In this document: in pieces, positions 61,238 through 64,000 of the stretch | Layout: every line of letters begins with the position of its first letter | Numbering within the stretch: position 1 is the first letter of the stretch | Source: Promethearchaeota archaeon | GTDB taxonomy: Archaea; Asgardarchaeota; Lokiarchaeia; Sigyniarchaeales; SOKP01 | Reading direction: 5' to 3' | DNA: 64,000 nt | Assembly: GCA_019058365.1 (NCBI GenBank) | Contig: JAHPZE010000005.1 | Location: forward strand, 1-64,000 | The notes under the pieces: generated by a model | The model's input: only the letters and a program-made list of their open reading frames with translations | Database searches by the model: none | Told to the model about the DNA's origin: nothing | Program-made: the position numbers and the translations under genes

Positions 61238-63137
61238 TTAAATAATTGGAGCTGAATTTCGTTCAATTCCAAGTTTTTGAAGGGTTTCATTAGTAGGGAT
61301 TCCATTATTATCCCAGCCATGAAGGGCATAATATTCATCAAGCATTTTTTTAAATTTTTCTCTATCAATTTTTAAACCTTTGACTCTGGGAAGTCCTATA
61401 GGTGTAGCTTCCTCAAAGTACCGTTCTGGTAGAGTATCATCTTTTCTTGAAAATCCCTCCCTAATATTAAACATTCTTTCAATGGTGTAAATTCTTTCTC
61501 CAATTTCCATAAGTTGAGGCGTCGAATATTGCATCCCTGAAACTAGATAGATTAGTTTTGAATATTCTTCCCATTTAGGTGCATGAACTGCCAAGAAAAC
61601 CGTTTGAAATTTACATGTCCCCAACGAATCTGTAATTGCGTATAAAAGTTCTTGCCACCAAACCATGCGACTTTTCCCTTTATAAGATCTATAATCTGAT
61701 GACATAGAACCACCATAAATCTCTTCTAAGAAATCTTCCGGTAATCCATAAAGATCGATGGCTGGTCGGCTTCTTAAATGATCAGCTCCTCTCGTTGATG
61801 TGGCAATACCTAAAGCTAAACTAGGAGTTGGACGTTCGTCTGAATGTAAATTGCTCATTCCCTTCACTTTAATGGCATAATATTCAGATTTGTTTCCTAT
61901 CTTAGCTATAGCATTTTTAAATCCATCAGCAAGTATATTACCAAAACCTTCACGATAGACAATTTTTCTAATTAGTTCATAGAGAACTTCTTCACTACCC
62001 CACTCAAGCTTTAATCCATCTGTAAATTTTTCAGTTAGGATTCCTTTCTCGTAAAGTTCCATAGCCCAAGCAATGAGTCCTCCAGTTTCTAAAGTATCTA
62101 AGCCGTATTTATTAACAAGATGGTTAGCTGTAAGAACAGTTTCCATTTTTTTACAATCAACCATTGTACCAAATGCGCCTAAAGAAGTGTATTCTGGACC
62201 TTCTGCAAAAATAGGAGCAAACGAACCTTCTTTTAATGTATAGCGATGACGACAACTTACAGGACATCCATAACAACCCGACATTCCAATAGTATATTTA
62301 TCCATTTCTTCCGGTTCAATATCCCAACCCTGCTCTAATTGATTTAACTGAAAATTTCTTGTTCGAATTAAGCCTGTGGTATTTGTAGTACTATAAATTA
62401 TGAGTGTCCCCCATTTCGATGCCGCTCTTGAATATCGATTCTTCATAACCATATCGATAATTTCTTTACAATATGTTAATAAATCCTCTGGGTGCACAAA
62501 TTCAATATCCATCGTTCCTCGCGCAGCTATTGCCTTTAAATTCTTTGAACCCATGACACAGCCCATACCAGTTCGTCCAGCAGAGTTTTTCATACCCGTT
62601 CTTATATTAGCAAAGCGTACAAGATTCTCTCCAGCCTTACCTATTACTAATGATTTGATTTCTTCATCTCCATGATCTGAACGGATTATGGTTTGTGTTT
62701 CAAATGTATCCTTTCCCCATAGATGATTAGCATCTAATATTTCTATTTCTCCATCATGTATCCAAAGATAACAAGGTTTTTCAGCTTTTCCTGTTATCAC
62801 CAGATGATCAAATCCCGTCATTCTCATTTCTGGAGCGAAGAACCCTCCAACGTTTGAATCTCCAATTGCACCAGTTATGGGAGATTTTGCAGCAATGTCA
62901 CATCTTCCACTTCCAAGTGCGGGGATTCCAGTGAGTAAACCTGCACCTACAAGTAAGATATTTTTAGGACTTAAAGGATCAATTCCAGGTGAGAGATGAT
63001 TGTATAGAAGATACATATTTATGCCTCTACCACCTAAAAATTGTTCTCTAATTGATTTTGGAATCTGCTTTTTTATTATTTCTCTAGTAGATAAATCAAT
63101 ATATGCAATTTCTTTATTCCAAACTATAATTTTCCAC
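61238..63137 (-). CDS. aor: Tungsten aldehyde:ferredoxin oxidoreductase family protein (5' start disrupted or non-canonical)
   Basis: FLGGRG, KSP.TG, IGKAGENLV, GRTGMG.VMGSKNLKA, C.GCP..C, EGPEY, GLDT and DSLGTC. Homology extends upstream of the ATG at 63016. Confidence 0.9.
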
Positions 63138-63461
63138 CCCTATTCTTAATGGTGTTTAATTGCAAATCACTATGCTTTTCAGTGCGATGGGAATATGTGC
63201 CCACTTAAGCTACAGAATTGAATTCAAAAGCAATTTTAATACTAGTATTCACTTACAAAATTAAATATTTTTACTTTTTATTTAAATTATTCATTAGATT
63301 TAAATATTTCAACGAAAACTAATAAGTAATAATTTAATTTAAAATAATATAATAGAAACCGTAAAACAACAATTTAATAATTAAAATTATATTAGAACTA
63401 TTATTAAATCCTTAAAAACCACTAGACTATATTATCGTTTCATATTAAGAAGTGATTCATA

Positions 63462-63617
63462 ATGAGTAAAGAGACTAAATGTAGGTGTATGAATTGTCTT
63501 GAACGCTTTCCAGTTTCTCCAAATGCAAAAGTGGCTACTTGTCCTCGCTGTAATATTACATATAGAATTTCTTGGCCATGGCCAGGCCAACCAAAAGTCA
63601 GAGGATTGGCGAAATAA
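63462..63617 (+). CDS. 51-aa zinc-ribbon protein (below the ORF-track length cutoff)
   Basis: MSKETKCRCMNCLERFPV...ATCPRCNITYRISWPWPGQPKVRGLAK: two CxxC pairs, with GAAGTGA upstream. Confidence 0.8.
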   Translation: MSKETKCRCMNCLERFPVSPNAKVATCPRCNITYRISWPWPGQPKVRGLAK

Positions 63618-63624
63618 GGTCAGA

Positions 63625-63999
63625 TTATTCAAATTGCATTGCTAATTCAAATAATTCTGTAATATCATAGATTTTCAATGATCTTTCAGTAAAATTTTTC
63701 GTCCGAGAAGCAAAACGGAAGTTTAATTGGCATTGTGGACAAGCTGTTGTTAAAATATTAACATTTGTAGGGATAAAATCTTCTTTTAACCTTGTTTGGG
63801 TTGATTGTAAACTTACATCATTATTAAATGTCCAAAGTCCACCTCCACCTCCGCAACATCTGGCACAATTTCTATTCAATGGCATTTCAACAAGATTAAG
63901 ATGAGGTATTGCTTTTAATACGTTACGAGGTGGATTATAGACGTTACAATGTCTTCCAAGTGAACAGGGGTCATGATAAGTTACATTTAAATCTAAAGG
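63625..63999 (-). CDS. HdrD/GlpC-like CCG-domain protein, 3' part (runs off window)
   Basis: VTYHDPCSLGRH, CCGGGGG and TACPQC. Confidence 0.85.
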   Translation of the reverse strand, partial: PLDLNVTYHDPCSLGRHCNVYNPPRNVLKAIPHLNLVEMPLNRNCARCCGGGGGLWTFNNDVSLQSTQTRLKEDFIPTNVNILTTACPQCQLNFRFASRTKNFTERSLKIYDITELFELAMQFE

Positions 64000-64000
64000 T

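Noticed and set aside
5494-62675. Many short overlapping or antisense ORFs in the track (e.g. 8323, 9259, 10764, 15326, 20538, 27771, 31728, 33338, 36798, 38241, 62400)
   Set aside because: These are shadows of well-supported genes, with no recognisable motifs.
63432-63632. 66-aa minus-strand ORF
   Set aside because: It is antisense to the more convincing plus-strand zinc-ribbon ORF at 63462-63617.

Overview
Strongly AT-rich, gene-dense prokaryotic DNA. An Asgard archaeon (Lokiarchaeia/Promethearchaeia-like) is my inference from the gene repertoire: HEPN/MNT pair, roadblock-like protein, split B12 mutase, W-AOR and 7TM orphans. No marker gene is present to prove it. Content is mostly anaerobic acyl-CoA metabolism: an HgdA/B-like dehydratase/reductase operon with a FAD oxidoreductase, an HdrD-like protein and CooC; an acyl-CoA mutase with MeaB; acyl-CoA dehydrogenase-ETF; and AOR with an HgdC-like activase. 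There are also transporters (CDF, two MscS, CorA, SLC13-like), three paralogous coiled-coil proteins and many eroded gene remnants. The standout is the acyl-CoA dehydrogenase gene (47619-48803). It is interrupted just before the catalytic IYEGT motif by a 30-nt, stop-containing hairpin whose junctions fold into a relaxed bulge-helix-bulge. Removing it at the standard BHB cut positions restores the frame and the expected Glu codon. A free-standing double-motif LAGLIDADG endonuclease gene lies directly downstream, inserted between acd and etfB. Together these suggest a two-part mobile system of an mRNA micro-intron and a separate homing endonuclease. No rRNA, tRNA or CRISPR array was seen.
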